This document shows, piece by piece, positions 49,440 to 62,700 of a DNA stretch of 64,000 nucleotides. The position numbers and the translations under genes were made by a program. Below the pieces are notes generated by a model. That model saw only the letters and a list, made by a program, of their open reading frames with translations. It was not told the DNA's origin and made no database searches. The stretch lies in contig JANJGN010000035.1 in assembly GCA_026770705.1 (NCBI GenBank), positions 6,820,001 to 6,884,000 on the forward strand. The letters are read 5' to 3'. The DNA comes from Isurus oxyrinchus. Lineage: Eukaryota. How positions within the stretch are numbered: the stretch's first letter is position 1; each line of letters starts with the position of its first letter.

Positions 49440-52400
49440 TATAATTTTCATATGTTTATCAAAACATTCTTTTTTTTATATAGCATCCTAGCGATTCAAA
49501 AGTAACCTGTTAACATACACTCCACTTTGCATCTCAAGATTGTCTGAAATTCAAAGTCCAGTGCTTTTGGAATGCAGATTTATTTTAATAAATAATTAAT
49601 CGCTTCATAATAAACCCCTTTTTTATCCACTGGAACCATCTAGACCTTATGCTTATGTCCTTTGGTTTTCCTAGAATCTTTCTGAATCTCAAGTATGTTT
49701 TTCTTTTTGTTTCTTTTTTTTCCTACCAATTTTAGAAGACGAGATTGTATGTATTTATCCCAATCAGTTTGGAAGCTGAAGATGAGGGCTATTCCCTAGT
49801 AGTCTGCAAGGGGGTGGTACAATGTGTGGTTCATCTGAAGCAAGTGCAATCCGTGCTTTATCTTTACAGCACCTCCAAACTATGTTTTTTTTTATACCAG
49901 AAATCTCAACTCAAACGTTATACTCAAAGCTTTGGAATATTTGAATAAACTTTTCCTTTAACCTAATATGGGGCTTCGACTCTAAACTGCTCAACTACAC
50001 GCACTCAAGACAATTCAGCGAAGAAAACACATTAAAGCTCACATACAAATGCTTCATTGCACACAAACAAGCGCCATAGATAAAGGTATGTACCGTTACA
50101 CCTAAAATGATGAACTAAACTCTAAACAAAGATTCGAGTAGCAGTGGGCAATAAAGGGAGCTTGAAGTCTCCACCTTGAAGGGCCCTTCAAACTGACGAA
50201 AGCAGACATTTTTTTTTCTGCTGCTCCTTGTCAATTGCTCATTAAACCCCTAGGGGTACCCTTTCTCTCTCTCTCTCTCTCACTCTTCAGCAGAAACAGC
50301 TCTTGTAAGTTAGATCAATTCATTTTTTATTTAAGTTACAGAACATTCAGTAGCTGAATATCTAACTCATTTAAAACATATTATAAGCACTCAATTCTGC
50401 CCTGATTAAAAGTCCCTGCTGGTGGGAAGCTCTCCCCTTTACTTTGAGTCCAATTAACCCAATCAGAAACATATTGGACAATTTCAGGACCGTCATGGAC
50501 CTACATATAAGCATTTGGGTTTCCCTTCAAATGGAGAACCAGGGGTTTCTTTGATGTCATATTTCCCATTTTACTTAATAATATACACAAAACAAAACAT
50601 AGAAATTACTTATTTTTCACCTCCAGGGGTCTCGAACCCCTTGGTATACTACTGCTACTTTTTACCTCCATCCATTTTTCTAGCAACCCATCATACCATC
50701 AAAATCCCAAGTAGGAACTCCGACTCCATTAGCTACTACTTCAAACCAGGCCTGGATAAGGAGTATTTTAAAATTGCCACGATACGACCATTCCCCTTCT
50801 GTCCAGCCATATAAGTCACTGCTAAAAGGCACCGCATACCTGTCATCACTCGTCTCTTTTACAACAACTCCACACTGCACCTTCTTACCATATCATCCAG
50901 CATCTTCACTACCAGTGATGGTCCTGTCTGGGAACCGTTTAACTCTGGCTCTCATCTAGGTATTAATCCTGTGGTCTTACACTTTGTAGCTTGCAGGCAC
51001 CTTATTATAATCAGTAATACATCTATTTAACCTTTTTCCAGCTTTGCCTTCACCTGTATGCATATTGTGGTAAATTGTTGTAATGTATTATTTCTCTTTA
51101 CATTTAAATTCCTGAACTGAAGATTCCACATAGTTTTACCTCTAAGGTTTTTTTTTGACCATGATTATCCTAAGATTCTCTTGAGTTCAGTTTTTAATTG
51201 TCTTGATTGTTTAAAATTGTTCCTTAGTCTTTAAGCAGTTACAACGCCTCAGTTGATGACCATCTTATCTTGTTCAGGTTTTCTGGAGAGGCTTTACAGT
51301 TCAATAAATTATTTTCGTAACAGATTTCCTTTAATAATTAATTTATCTCTTCATAAGAAATCCCTTTTTTATCCTTTGGAACAATCTAGAAATTGTATTT
51401 ATGTCTTTTCCTTTCTCTAGAATCCTTCTGATTTTCAAGTATTTTTTTCTCAGAACATAAAACAGAAATCAAACATTTAAATGTTTTTCTTCCTTAGATT
51501 CTTCTCAAACAACATCTTATTGTCCCATTAAAATATGTCTGACTTTTTTTTGCATTATCTCAGACCAAAAAATGGATTTCTGCCAAACTTTTTCAAGGTC
51601 TTGAGCTAAACTTCAGATTTTGGGAACAGACTTAAACAAACAAAAGATTGCAGCATTTGAATTTGTGCCAATTGTTGTCAAAACTTTTAAAATGAAAATT
51701 CCCTTTTGAGAAATTTTCATGAACAAAACCTCAAATTTTGGAACCTTGTAAGAAGTGTAATTTACACTATCAGAATTAAAACAACCTCTGTTTGATGAGT
51801 AATGATTTGTTTCCAAGTTGTGATTTCCGTATGTTTATCAACACATTCTTTATCTTAGACAGCATCCTAATGATTCAAAAGTAACCTGTTACCTTACACA
51901 GCAATTTACATCTCAAGATTGTCCCATATTCAAATTCCACGGCTTTGGAAAGCAGATTTCCTTTAATAATTAACTTATCTCTTCATAAGAAATCCATTTT
52001 TTATCCTTTGGAACAATCTAGGAATTGTATTTATGTCTTTTCGTTTCTCTAGGATCCTTCTGATTTTCAAGTATTTTTTTTCTCAGAATTTAAGTATACT
52101 AACTCGTATGTATTAATCCCATTCATATTGGAAATTGATAATGACGGTTAATCACTAATAATCTACAAGGGGGCGGTACAAGTGTTGGCTCATCTCAAAC
52201 AAAGGAAAGCCCTATTTGATCTTTACAGTACCTTCAAATTAAGATTTTTACCAGAAGTATCAACACAAACCTGATACTCAAAACTTTGGGATGTTTGAAT
52301 AAAATTTTCCTTTAATCTAATATGGGGCTTTCGATTCTAAAGTGCTCAACTACACAAACAAAAGACAATTCAGGGAAGAAAATACATTAAAGCTCATATA

Positions 52401-52599
52401 CAACTGCTTAATTGCACAGAAACAAACACATATATAAAGTGATGTATCGATACTACCATAATATTGAAATTAACTGTAAACGAAGCTTCAACGAGCAGTG
52501 CCGGGAAATAAAGAGATCTTGAAGGCTCCACCTATAGGGACCTTCAAACGAACATTTTCTCTGCTGCAGCTTGTCAATTGCTCATTCACCCCCTTGGGG

Positions 52600-52630
<31 letters not shown>

Positions 52631-53633
52631 TCAACACAAGCAGCTCTTGTAACTTAGATCAATTCATTTTTTATTTAAGTTCGAGGAAATTCAGTAGTGG
52701 ACTATCTACTACCCTTTAAACCAGTTACAAGCGCTGAATTCTGTTCCGATTAAAAGTTACAGCTAGTGGGAAACTGTCTCCTTTACTTTGCGTCCTTGTA
52801 AACCAATGAGAAACATATTGGACAATTTCAGTACCGTAATGGGCATACATATAAGCATTTTGGGTTCCCTTCAAAGGGGGAACCTGGGGTTTCTTTGATG
52901 TCATATTTCACATTTTATTTAATAATATGCACAAAAGAGAACACAGAAATTACTTACACTTCACTTCCAGGGGACTCGAAACCCTGGGTATACTACTAAT
53001 ATTTTTTTGGTTTTCTTACCCATCTTCAATGTTCCTGATATAAGCTTCAGTCTCGCTGGTTTCAGTTTATTCTTAGTAATTTGTGAGGGGGGCGGTGTCC
53101 GGGGGCTGTGTGTGCGAGTGACAGAGCCCGCTCTGCTGTTGTGGCCGCACATTTTTCTGAACAGAAAACACAATTAAGAGCTCGGCGCGTTTCCTAAGCG
53201 ATGCACGCACCGATGTTTAAGCATTCCTGAACAAGTCCTCAAGTTCCTCTGGTGTTTTGAGTCTGGTCGGTAGCTACCATTTTTCAAACACTCCCCCTTT
53301 CAGCTAGGATGCTTTTCGTCCTCATTTCACCTGTCCAACTTAAGAGGCTACCTCTCCAACTTAAGATGTAGCTGGGATGCTATTTAACTGCACTCTCTCT
53401 TTCAGCAAATATGCCGTTCGTAGTCCCCCGAAATTGGGGAATGGTTCTTCCCTGTTTCTGCGAGGTTTATTTTTCAGAGTTCTGACGGTCCATCATTTCT
53501 GTTCGTCCCCATTTCACCTCTCCAACTTAAGAGGCCATCTCTCCGACTTAAGCGATAGCTGGGATGCTAAGTATCAACTCTCCAACTGAAGAGGTAGCAG
53601 GACGTCCGTCGGACACTAAGTTCTTCGCCAATT

Positions 53634-54215
53634 TGTCGCATAAAACGGAGTGAACACTCAGACTCAGGTGGTTTGTCTCGGACGTCTTTATTAAATCATG
53701 ATAACACGGAGAGCCCAGTCGCATGCAATGCAGCGATCCGGCAATCTGAGAAGCATTGGAGTACACACATAGTAATAGCAAAAAAGTATGTGACAAGTTT
53801 TGGCAGTTTCAATGGCTAGTATTTAGGAAGTTTCAATGGTTGCTTAACCCAATTAATTATTATCAGAGTAAAACAGGATATATTTGACATACATACAATG
53901 GCTCTGTCTTAGTTTATAATTACGTAAAAACTTTGAGTAGTTACACCAAACCTTGAGTAGACAATTTGGCGACTAGTCATCTGGACAGACAACAGATAGC
54001 ATGATTAGGCCCTGTTTAATGTGCTGATAACAGACTCCAAACTTTGTTTCAAGGACTCTTGGTAGTGTGTTTATGACACTTGTTTTTGATTCCTTCACAA
54101 TTGCTGACAGCGCAAGTTTGTCTGCTACTGGTGCAGGAAATTTTGTTATAGTATTCCATTATGGTTGAAGCACTTAAACGTTTGTTATCCTGTACATGTA
54201 TTTTATTCTCCCACA
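53634..54215 (-). mobile_element. 5' LTR of the minus-strand ERV followed by PBS-like TGGCG
   Basis: Starts TGTGGGAGAATAAAATACAT like 46442, has AATAAA near its 3' end, ends ...GCGACA, then aat TGGCGAAGAAC. Confidence 0.8.
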
Positions 54216-56669
54216 GCCACTATAGTAGCAACGGTTGGCTCCCCTATTATTTGAATTTGCTATCACTATTGATCTCCCACGCTTCTTCCTGTATCACCAG
54301 GTTATCTATCTAGCGGCATTTTCTTCAGATTGTTCAGTCCGGTTTTGAGAAGCGTGTGGGGTTGCGTCAATGGCATGCAATATATAGAGCCAACTGTGGT
54401 TCCCCACCATGCTTTTGATATCTAGAACAGTGTCTAGAATCATCTATCAGCTGCTCCCTATCAATGGGAATAAAGACGATAAGGGATAAATTGGAGCCCA
54501 AGTTAATTCCACTTCCAATTTTTCAGACAAAATCTAGATGGAAATAGAAGCATGGACGTAAGACCGAAGTTAATTTGGGTGGAAAAAAGAAACAGGTCGG
54601 GTAGTTATACACGAAAAATAATATGATTCTGGTTTGATACGTGTATTCACATCAAATATAATACACATTTATTAGAAGATAGAATGCCGATGTAATGAAA
54701 GAGATTTGAATTAGGTAGTTGTTATTGAATTCAAGGTAGATACTGGGATTCATGGTGCAGAGGCAAATGCAGTTTAGGAGTTGGAATTGAAATTTAGAAA
54801 GATATATGACCGCGAAAGCCATTCAATTCAAAGGCAAAGATGATGTGTCCAATATTTTTCTCCTATTATTATTAAAAAGCTTTCGTATTATATCAAGCCT
54901 TTCAACCTTAGATTTATGTTTTGATATGGTAACAACAACATTGGATATTAAAGCCTCTAATCTGTAAATGAGAACAATGTATTCGTTAATATCTTGTTTT
55001 GAATTCCATGCATGAATTTAGAACAAAAATCCATGAACAGCAATTAACACTGGCTATTGCTGCTGAATTTGTCCAACTACTATTATCTGCAAAGTTCTAC
55101 ATTCAGTTCACAGAAAGGTAACATGTTATATTCGGGAAAAAAATAATCGTTTACATTCAATACCCGAGAGGCATAAAAAATTCAGTAAGGAATTGAAAAT
55201 TTCAAAAATCATTTGTTCCCCTAAGGGAAAATTTCACATCAGGCCCATGGTCCTTGTATTATTGGAAATTTTTAGATAGCTTTCTGCAGCAACGAGAGTG
55301 CTGAAAGAGTTAAACAAAATATTTAACTTAAAGGAACATATATCTGCTTAGTCCTAGTGCAGGGCAAAAATAAGTCCAGTGTTAATTACATCAAACATAC
55401 CTTACTTTCTGCGTAGCTATAGGGGTTGTTGTGAAGGGAAGTTCCACTGTCACCGTCCATTGGCTCATCAATAATTGCAAAATGATTTCCTTTAAGCAAT
55501 TGCACACCTTTTCATTGATGAGTGTCAGCAAATTCCTCATCTGTTAGTCCAGATCCAGTATTGTCATTCACTATCAAATACAAATGAAGCAAGAAGGATC
55601 GGAACCATTAAAGTTATGGAGAATATTTTGGAAAATATATTTAGAAATCTCGGTCAATTCATTAGAATAATATATGAAAGAAAAATAAATTTAAGCCTTG
55701 TCATGAATAGTCATTATACAAATGTTTGCGTAGCTATTGGTGTGCTGGCTGTATGACTCTTTAGCTCATGGCTAGTCCCTCCATTTATATTTCGATGTCT
55801 CTATTACCCATTTGCACAATTGTATAACTGTTGTTGCTACTTATAATTAGCTTAACTCTTACGTTAAGATTATGGAATGCACGGCATTTTATGGTATGCA
55901 GTGGACGAATTTACATATGCGTACCGTAGGCTGAATTTCTAGCACAAGCAGATAATTTACGACAATAGACGGGAAGTTGCTCTTTGGCAGCTGGGGTGAA
56001 ATGACCACTGGAAAAGGCTGTGTTTGTGATTAGTGACAAAATTTTAAACTTGTTACAGAAATGAATAACGTCTTTTGCATCGCTTCGGATGTGTTTCCTG
56101 TGAATATATTCCTTGCCATTTTCGTTTCAATTCCTACAATTATTGGAAGTTATGCAAAGCCAAAAATAATGTGGAGAAAAGCATAGAGAGCAAAGTTTTT
56201 TTTTATAAACCATTCAACATTGATCGCGGCCCCATTTACATAAAATATGCTTAGATTACTCATGCACTGCAACAAGTTAACATTTAAAAAAGACGCCAAG
56301 TTAAATTATCAATAGTCGTTATGACTATATTAGCATATCTGATGGTGTCTGTGTCGCTTTCTGCTGACCCAATGCCTTTTATTATCAAGTGTTGCAGATT
56401 GTATCTATATATACGTCATACGTTTATCCTTCTCATGGATCGATATACAATTCGTTGCAAGGAATATATGTCAGGATACTGTAGGTCGTCGATGAATCTT
56501 TATTACCGCATCTCAGGGTGAATATTTGCCTTGCGGTTTGGAGAGTTAGCGAAAATGGACATAAAATAGTTCTTTTGCCAGATGTGGGAAACTGGGCAAG
56601 AACGGGTTGATATAAGATTCATAACGGGAATGAACAATATTTATTACGTCGGTATAAATTCTCTTTCCA

Positions 56670-56745
56670 CTATCTTCCTCTCCACAGATACTGTGAGTCT
56701 TGCTGAGTTTTTCCAGAATTTATTGCTTTTGTTTCAGACATCGAG
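56670..56745 (+). mobile_element. Short Penelope-like terminal remnant
   Basis: 'ctctccacagatactgtgagtcttgctgagtttttccag...ttttgtttcaga' matches 49355-49420. Confidence 0.65.
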
Positions 56746-57459
56746 TTTCATTGGCATGATTATTGACACCACACGATATATTCGGTCACAAAATAGATGA
56801 TCTCACCAGAAAAGTCTACGTCCCTTTTCTTTGGGGCAACTGCACTTTCTTGCAGCTATGGAGGTGCATCATTATTCATTATTTGCTTCCGGCAGGCTCC
56901 AGTGTAAGGATTGGTACTGAACAGATTTCCGGTCATCGCATTTTCCTCTTCGTGCTATAGGGAGCAAAACAATTGGCAGACGTAATATGTCTGTTCTTTG
57001 TCAGTTTCTTGACAGATAAAGCTTCATTACTTCGCAGCCAATGAAATGGCGGGTTGTGATCTTTTGTGAGAAAGGAGGATGGGGATGGGGCCACAGTGGA
57101 GATTTACAACAGTTCATGTCCAAATAAACATTATTACAGATAGTAATAGTTTATAGACTCATCAAAGTTTTGACATCCTTTCTAATCAGTGGCTCAAGAA
57201 TTGTGCACAATATATTTTAGGCTTAGGGACGGTTTTGTAAAAATAAACATGAATATTACTTCCTTACTTAATATTTTTACAAAGACCTAAGGTTTGCATA
57301 CTTCTTCAAATTAAACTGCATTAGCTGTATGATGGCACAATAACTTAATCTGTACGTTTGCAGCTGAAGTCTGCCTTCAATGTGTCCATAGCTTCCTACG
57401 CTGTTCAGATTTCTATCAGCCGCATGTTGCCCCTACGGTTCCTCCCCAATAATTAGCGC

Positions 57460-59720
57460 TCAATAAAAATGAATTATCATAATCACTTACAGGCATATGG
57501 ATATTTAGTCTGCATCGTAAATAACACCAATGACCAGGCTGCAAAAGTAACTGATTGCCTGTAAACTGTTTTGACGATTGAAACATTCAACATTAATGGT
57601 ACTTTATTCATATTGTGCACCATCATATTTAGTTTTCTTTCAGTGCCTGTTTTTCTTATACTACTTTCCACTTACATTTGCATCAGTTGTTATTTTGTTT
57701 ATATTGTTTTTTTCAAGTATGATATATTACAACTTGTCAATTGGCCTAGTAAAATCCGTGTCGACCCTATCAATCATAATGCCCTCACTGACGGCCCTCA
57801 GCACTTTCGCTAACTAGGATATCAAGTTAATAATGACGAACTACTCTTAAAAAAACTAATGGTAACTGTCCTTGATCTTTTGCGATTTTTCAAAACGTTG
57901 ATCAATTTTGCGTCACACCCAAATTTACCTATGAGGTCTGTAAACCACGTTTGGATTACCCCTGATTTGTCAAAATGGTACAATGTTTGCAGGAATCCAT
58001 TCATCTGGTATCGCGGTGGATTAAAAATTATTAATTCCCTGATTCGCTACCCTTAGTAACTCTTGATATGATTAAGCAATGTCATTTGATTTATCTTAAG
58101 CATAATTTTCCCTTTCACTATCACACAGTCACAGAGTCCCACAGTGTTCAATAGACTCTTTGACCAATCAAGTCTGCACTTGAACGTGAGAAACACCTGA
58201 CCTCCCTACCTACTCCCATTTGCCTGCACTTGTTAAGTAGCCTTGAATGATATCACATGCCAATTGCTCATCCAAATACTTTTTAAAAGAGTGTGTGGCA
58301 ACCCATCTCCACGACCATTGCAGGCAGTGCATTCCAGAAAGTCACCACCCTCTGGCTAAAAACGTTTTTCAACAAACCGCCCCTAAACATCCTGCCATCA
58401 GCTTCCACTTACGTCCCATTGTGTTTGACCCTTCAAATAACGGGAACAGGTGCGCCCTAGCCACCCTGTCCATGCCACACAAAATCTTGTACACCTCGAT
58501 CAGGTCGCCGCGCAGTCTTCCCTGCTCCATCGAAAATAACACAAGTCTATTCCAACATCTCTTCATAACTTAAATGCTTCATACCAAAAAAGATCCTGGT
58601 AAATTTTCTCTGCACTGCCTCGAGTGCAGTCGCATCCTTCATATAATGTGGCCACCAGGACTGCTAACAGTAGTCCCCCTATGGCCTCACCAGGGCTCTA
58701 TACAATTCCAGAATGACCTCCCTACTTTTGTTCAGTGCACTTAGATTAGCACACTCCTAGCTCAATAGCTGCAACATCTTCAGCGTCACACTGTGTTATG
58801 TGACGACGGTCACATATTGTTGAATAAGATGAAAGTGCAGTGAGTGTAGCTTTTTCATTTAATTGTACGGAGCCTTTGCTTAAATACAACCAATTATTTC
58901 TGACGTGGATACGAACAAATATGCGAGACAAAATTGGTGACAAATGTGCAAAATCAAATTAAGTAGTCGATCAAGGTGAAGGAGGAATTGCAATCTAAGC
59001 TTTGCGGCTGAAGGCAGGGTTGACAAAGTATGACTCAGTCCCAAGGCTAACTGCATGCATTCCCATGGCGTTATAATACATAATAAGTCTTATTTTTCAC
59101 AGGTTGCATTTGGTTATTTCAAAGAAACTGGAACCTTTGCCATTGATATCGGGAAATGTCCGGGCCTATGCTGTTTGGGTTTTTTACTTTCATAGAGCTA
59201 GGGAGCATCGCTCATGTGCCAGCAGGGAAATGGCGGCTAAAGCGCATTTATTGTTTTTTTCGTACCTTGTGCTGGCAAGCGGCCCTGTGCATGTTAGCTT
59301 AAGAAAATGCATAAAACACTGGAAATAAGCGAAACTGCTGATCTGGTGACCTGAACCAGTGCACCATTTTTCTGAGTGTGTCCCAGCGAAGGGGACAGGG
59401 AGAACGTTCCAAACCAAGGGTTGTGATCAGAACGATGTTCTCAAAGAAAGTCCGAGGCAAACGGCAAATACAGGGATCACAAAGTTGTCCTATTGAGCAG
59501 AAGTATAGTAGTAGCAAACAGCATATAAGTAGGCTACAAAGTATGCCAGAGATGCAAATAGTAGGCTTGATGCTAAATTGTCTCTAGTGAAACATGCAAA
59601 TCTGAAGAGGTTTCTGCAGTGTATTCAGTCCTTACTGCAAAATCTTTTGGAGCTGCTGTGTTCTGCTTGGCATGGATGAAGATATGAAAGTATGCATGGA
59701 AGGTGACGTTTGAATTTACT
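57460..59720. repeat. Segmental duplication copy B (interrupted by CR1)
   Basis: Colinear with 44780-46440. Confidence 0.9.
58121..58745 (-). mobile_element. CR1 LINE 3' fragment
   Basis: LFSMEQGRLRGDLIEVYKILCGMDRV; 3' tail 'cacagtcacagagtcccacag'; absent from duplicate copy A. Confidence 0.92.
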
Positions 59721-62700
59721 CAGTGACCCAGGGGAAATGAATCTCGAAAGGCAAGACTGAAAATCTGGAGTTGGAGCCTTGTCAGACTCATGCTAGTGGG
59801 AGCAAGACTTCGAGAGAATTCCATGACTTTTCGTTTGAATGTGGAGTTCGGACTCACTCACGGACCAAAAAAAATAACTGTCACTGAGATTGATTGCCTT
59901 ATACAGTGACAGACATCTGAGCGGGTGATAGAGAAATCCATGGACACTTCATTGGCCTCATCTGCCATTTACTTTGGAGTGCGCTATTTCTGGATTCAAT
60001 TCTCCTGTTACTTAACATGTACCTCATACTTACCATGAATTTTAGAGTAGAAGCCACATTGTTGCAAAAAGTTTCTCGGACCGTATTGTATGTGGCTTTA
60101 TCGAAATTACAGAGGTAAAGCCAGTTTGATTTTACACACATTCTTGTGTTGGTATTGGGGATCTTTCCTTATTTTCTTGTATGGCGCAATAAAAGTCATT
60201 ACTCATGTTTAACGGATGTTTTACTATTTGCATTCAAATTTCAGCATCCTTCTGTGAATTTGTTCACCAACCTTCCTCCAAGCTTTCAAAAAAAAACAAT
60301 ATGAATTAAGGACCTCTCACGCTAGGTTTCAGTCTTGGGTTTGGCTTATATAGCATTAACATGAGCTGGGATCCTGACATTTTTATGGGCAGCAAAACAT
60401 TGGCCAATAACATGGGATCTCCAGGGCCTTCTATCAGAAGGTACCCTAGCAGATGCTCAGGAGGACCTGCAGAATTACCTTTGTAAAGGCTTCAAAGATT
60501 TTGCGGACAGTGCCAACGTCTGGCTGCCAATCAACCTGCACCCAGAACCATACCATACTCCAACTTAATTAGAACATCTGGATGCTTCCTGCTGTGTAAC
60601 CAGAATAAAAACTCAGTAAATTTTGTAAAATGTTAAACCACTTCTAACTGCTAGGTGACTAATGACGACACACTACGCAACCACTGGAATACCCCCCCAT
60701 ACCCACCACTACTCACCCAGTCACCGAAAGCCACCTTACATCTAACACCCGCCCTCCGACTTCATCTAAACCCCGAAAAAACTGGCTACCCGCTGAACAA
60801 AGTCCCAGAGCCCCGAATAAGCCCAACTACTGTTCCGACCCGTGACTACCCCTAAAACTGTGAGTACCACTTCACTGCTGTTCTGCCGTGCCGACCAGCG
60901 GACTGCATACTGCCTACCCCATCATGGCCTACCAGTTAAAAACAATGCATTCAATGAATAATTATTTCATGATTAATTGCCTTCTGTGCATTGCATTTGT
61001 GTGTGTGTAGGGATTTCAAAAGGCATAGAATTTAGGTGGTAGAGTTAGATATTCACAGGTGAAATTTCTTTATTTTACCACCAGGTAAAGACAATTTGTT
61101 CAATAAAAAGTTATTTACTCTTTGAGTTTGCCAACCGAATGCTCGTATTCTGTTAACCTAAATTATACAATTAGATGGGTTGATCAAACTTTACCACATT
61201 AATCGTGGCTCCGAGAACTTTGGGATTGAGATTGCAGCTCACTATTCCCAGTGCATCATGACACAAACTCGTACCTCAATTTGCAATTATAAATTAAGAA
61301 GTCTAAAATAATATATAAGGTACAATGTACAAATAACACTTCCTTCCCTTCATGATCACTAAACCATCAGCAACAAATTCGTAGGACCGCTTAATTTAAA
61401 GTAGATCTCGCAGTTCCAAAACAATACTGTTTTCACTCGAAATTTGTGGGGTTGTGTTGAAGGATTGAAGGGATATTAAATTTAAATTCACAAGAACCTG
61501 ATGTAATATGTCTTAGCAGAGGTTAGCAAACAACATTTTATGGAAAAGTGCAGCCAATTCAGAATAATGAAATATGAGAATTATTATATTTACATAATCG
61601 AGTGTGCCAATGAGCTATCAAGCCAATCCCAATTTTCAGCTCTTAGTCAGTAATCTTGTAGGTAAATGCATTATAATTGCATTTCCAACTAGGTTCATCA
61701 AACGTTATGGGGGTTTTTGTCTATAGCCACTTCAGGCTCTGATATTCAGTCCGCCACCCTCCTCTTGGACTTTGTTTTTCATAACCCAGATAATCAAGTC
61801 AAAGATCAGATAACACAAAAATCAGACTGAACTGATCACTTCGAAACATCAGAATAAACAGACGGCAAGTCACAAAGCCACCAAGGTAGTGTTTATTGTT
61901 TCGCTGGTCATCAATCAATTTTGCATCCAAATTGCCACTGTGTTAGGGATTAGATTGTCATTTAGTTTCGTGATGATATGTTATGCGAGTGTTTATCAAC
62001 ACCCATATACACTACCCTAAGTGCACACCGCTCATCAAGATTCTGTTTCAAATGCTCAAAATGTCAACATGTTGGTCGAAAAGATCCTTTCTTCATACGT
62101 CCATGCCAATTGTGTTTGATTGTTTATGCCTCGATTGGCCTTGCCTTGAATAATCATACATTGATGGATCTGAATGAAGATAGATCCTGCTGCCCATGTT
62201 GTTCCAGTATTGTTTACCACCACAAAGGTTTCCCTGGCTGACATTGACTTGACGCTACTCCCCTTTCATTCGTCTCTTTAAGTGCTGCGACGTTAGCTGA
62301 AATCCAGAACGACAGAAACTCAGCTTTGGCTACAGTCCCATAACAGTGGTTAGGACCTCGCTAGTTTAACTCTTCCTTGGCTTCTGTTGCAGTCTGGAAT
62401 ATATTTCATCTGGACAGGGAAACTTGTACTTCTTCACAAGCTGATTAAGCACTTAATACTTTCCATCACTCTCGCTATGTGAGTTTAATTTAACATGTCT
62501 CGCTTTTCCATTCTAATTGTAAAATTTGTTCTTCCTCTCTCTGCGAAAACTGGTGCCAATATTTCATTAACGACCGCACCGATTTTCTGCACCTCAACAT
62601 AACCTTTGAGGTTCTGTATCCCTACTCGGTACTTCTCGTTACTTTACGTTTTCTGATAGATGCATGTACTCCAAGTCAGAAGTCAGTAATGATGAAACGG

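Larger units (their letters stand above)
47480..53633 (-). mobile_element. ERV internal region: PBS, leader and two tandem decayed gag copies
   Basis: Matrix-like MTSKKP..AYMYAHYG.EIVQYVS.W..WTQSKGESFPPAGTFN (~50405-50560 and ~52750-52905); duplicated block 47480-50660 (minus the PLE) versus 51560-53000. Confidence 0.7.

Noticed and set aside
47772-49491. Pro-rich and Gly-rich ORFs
   Set aside because: They come from poly-G/poly-C and (CA)n tracts in the PLE arms.
53310-53600. Short repeats resembling a CRISPR array
   Set aside because: Spacing is irregular, there are no unique equal-length spacers or cas genes, and the repeats lie in an ERV leader in eukaryotic DNA.
60330-60930. GC/C-rich stretch, possible non-autonomous DNA transposon
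   Set aside because: I could not identify terminal inverted repeats or a TSD by eye.
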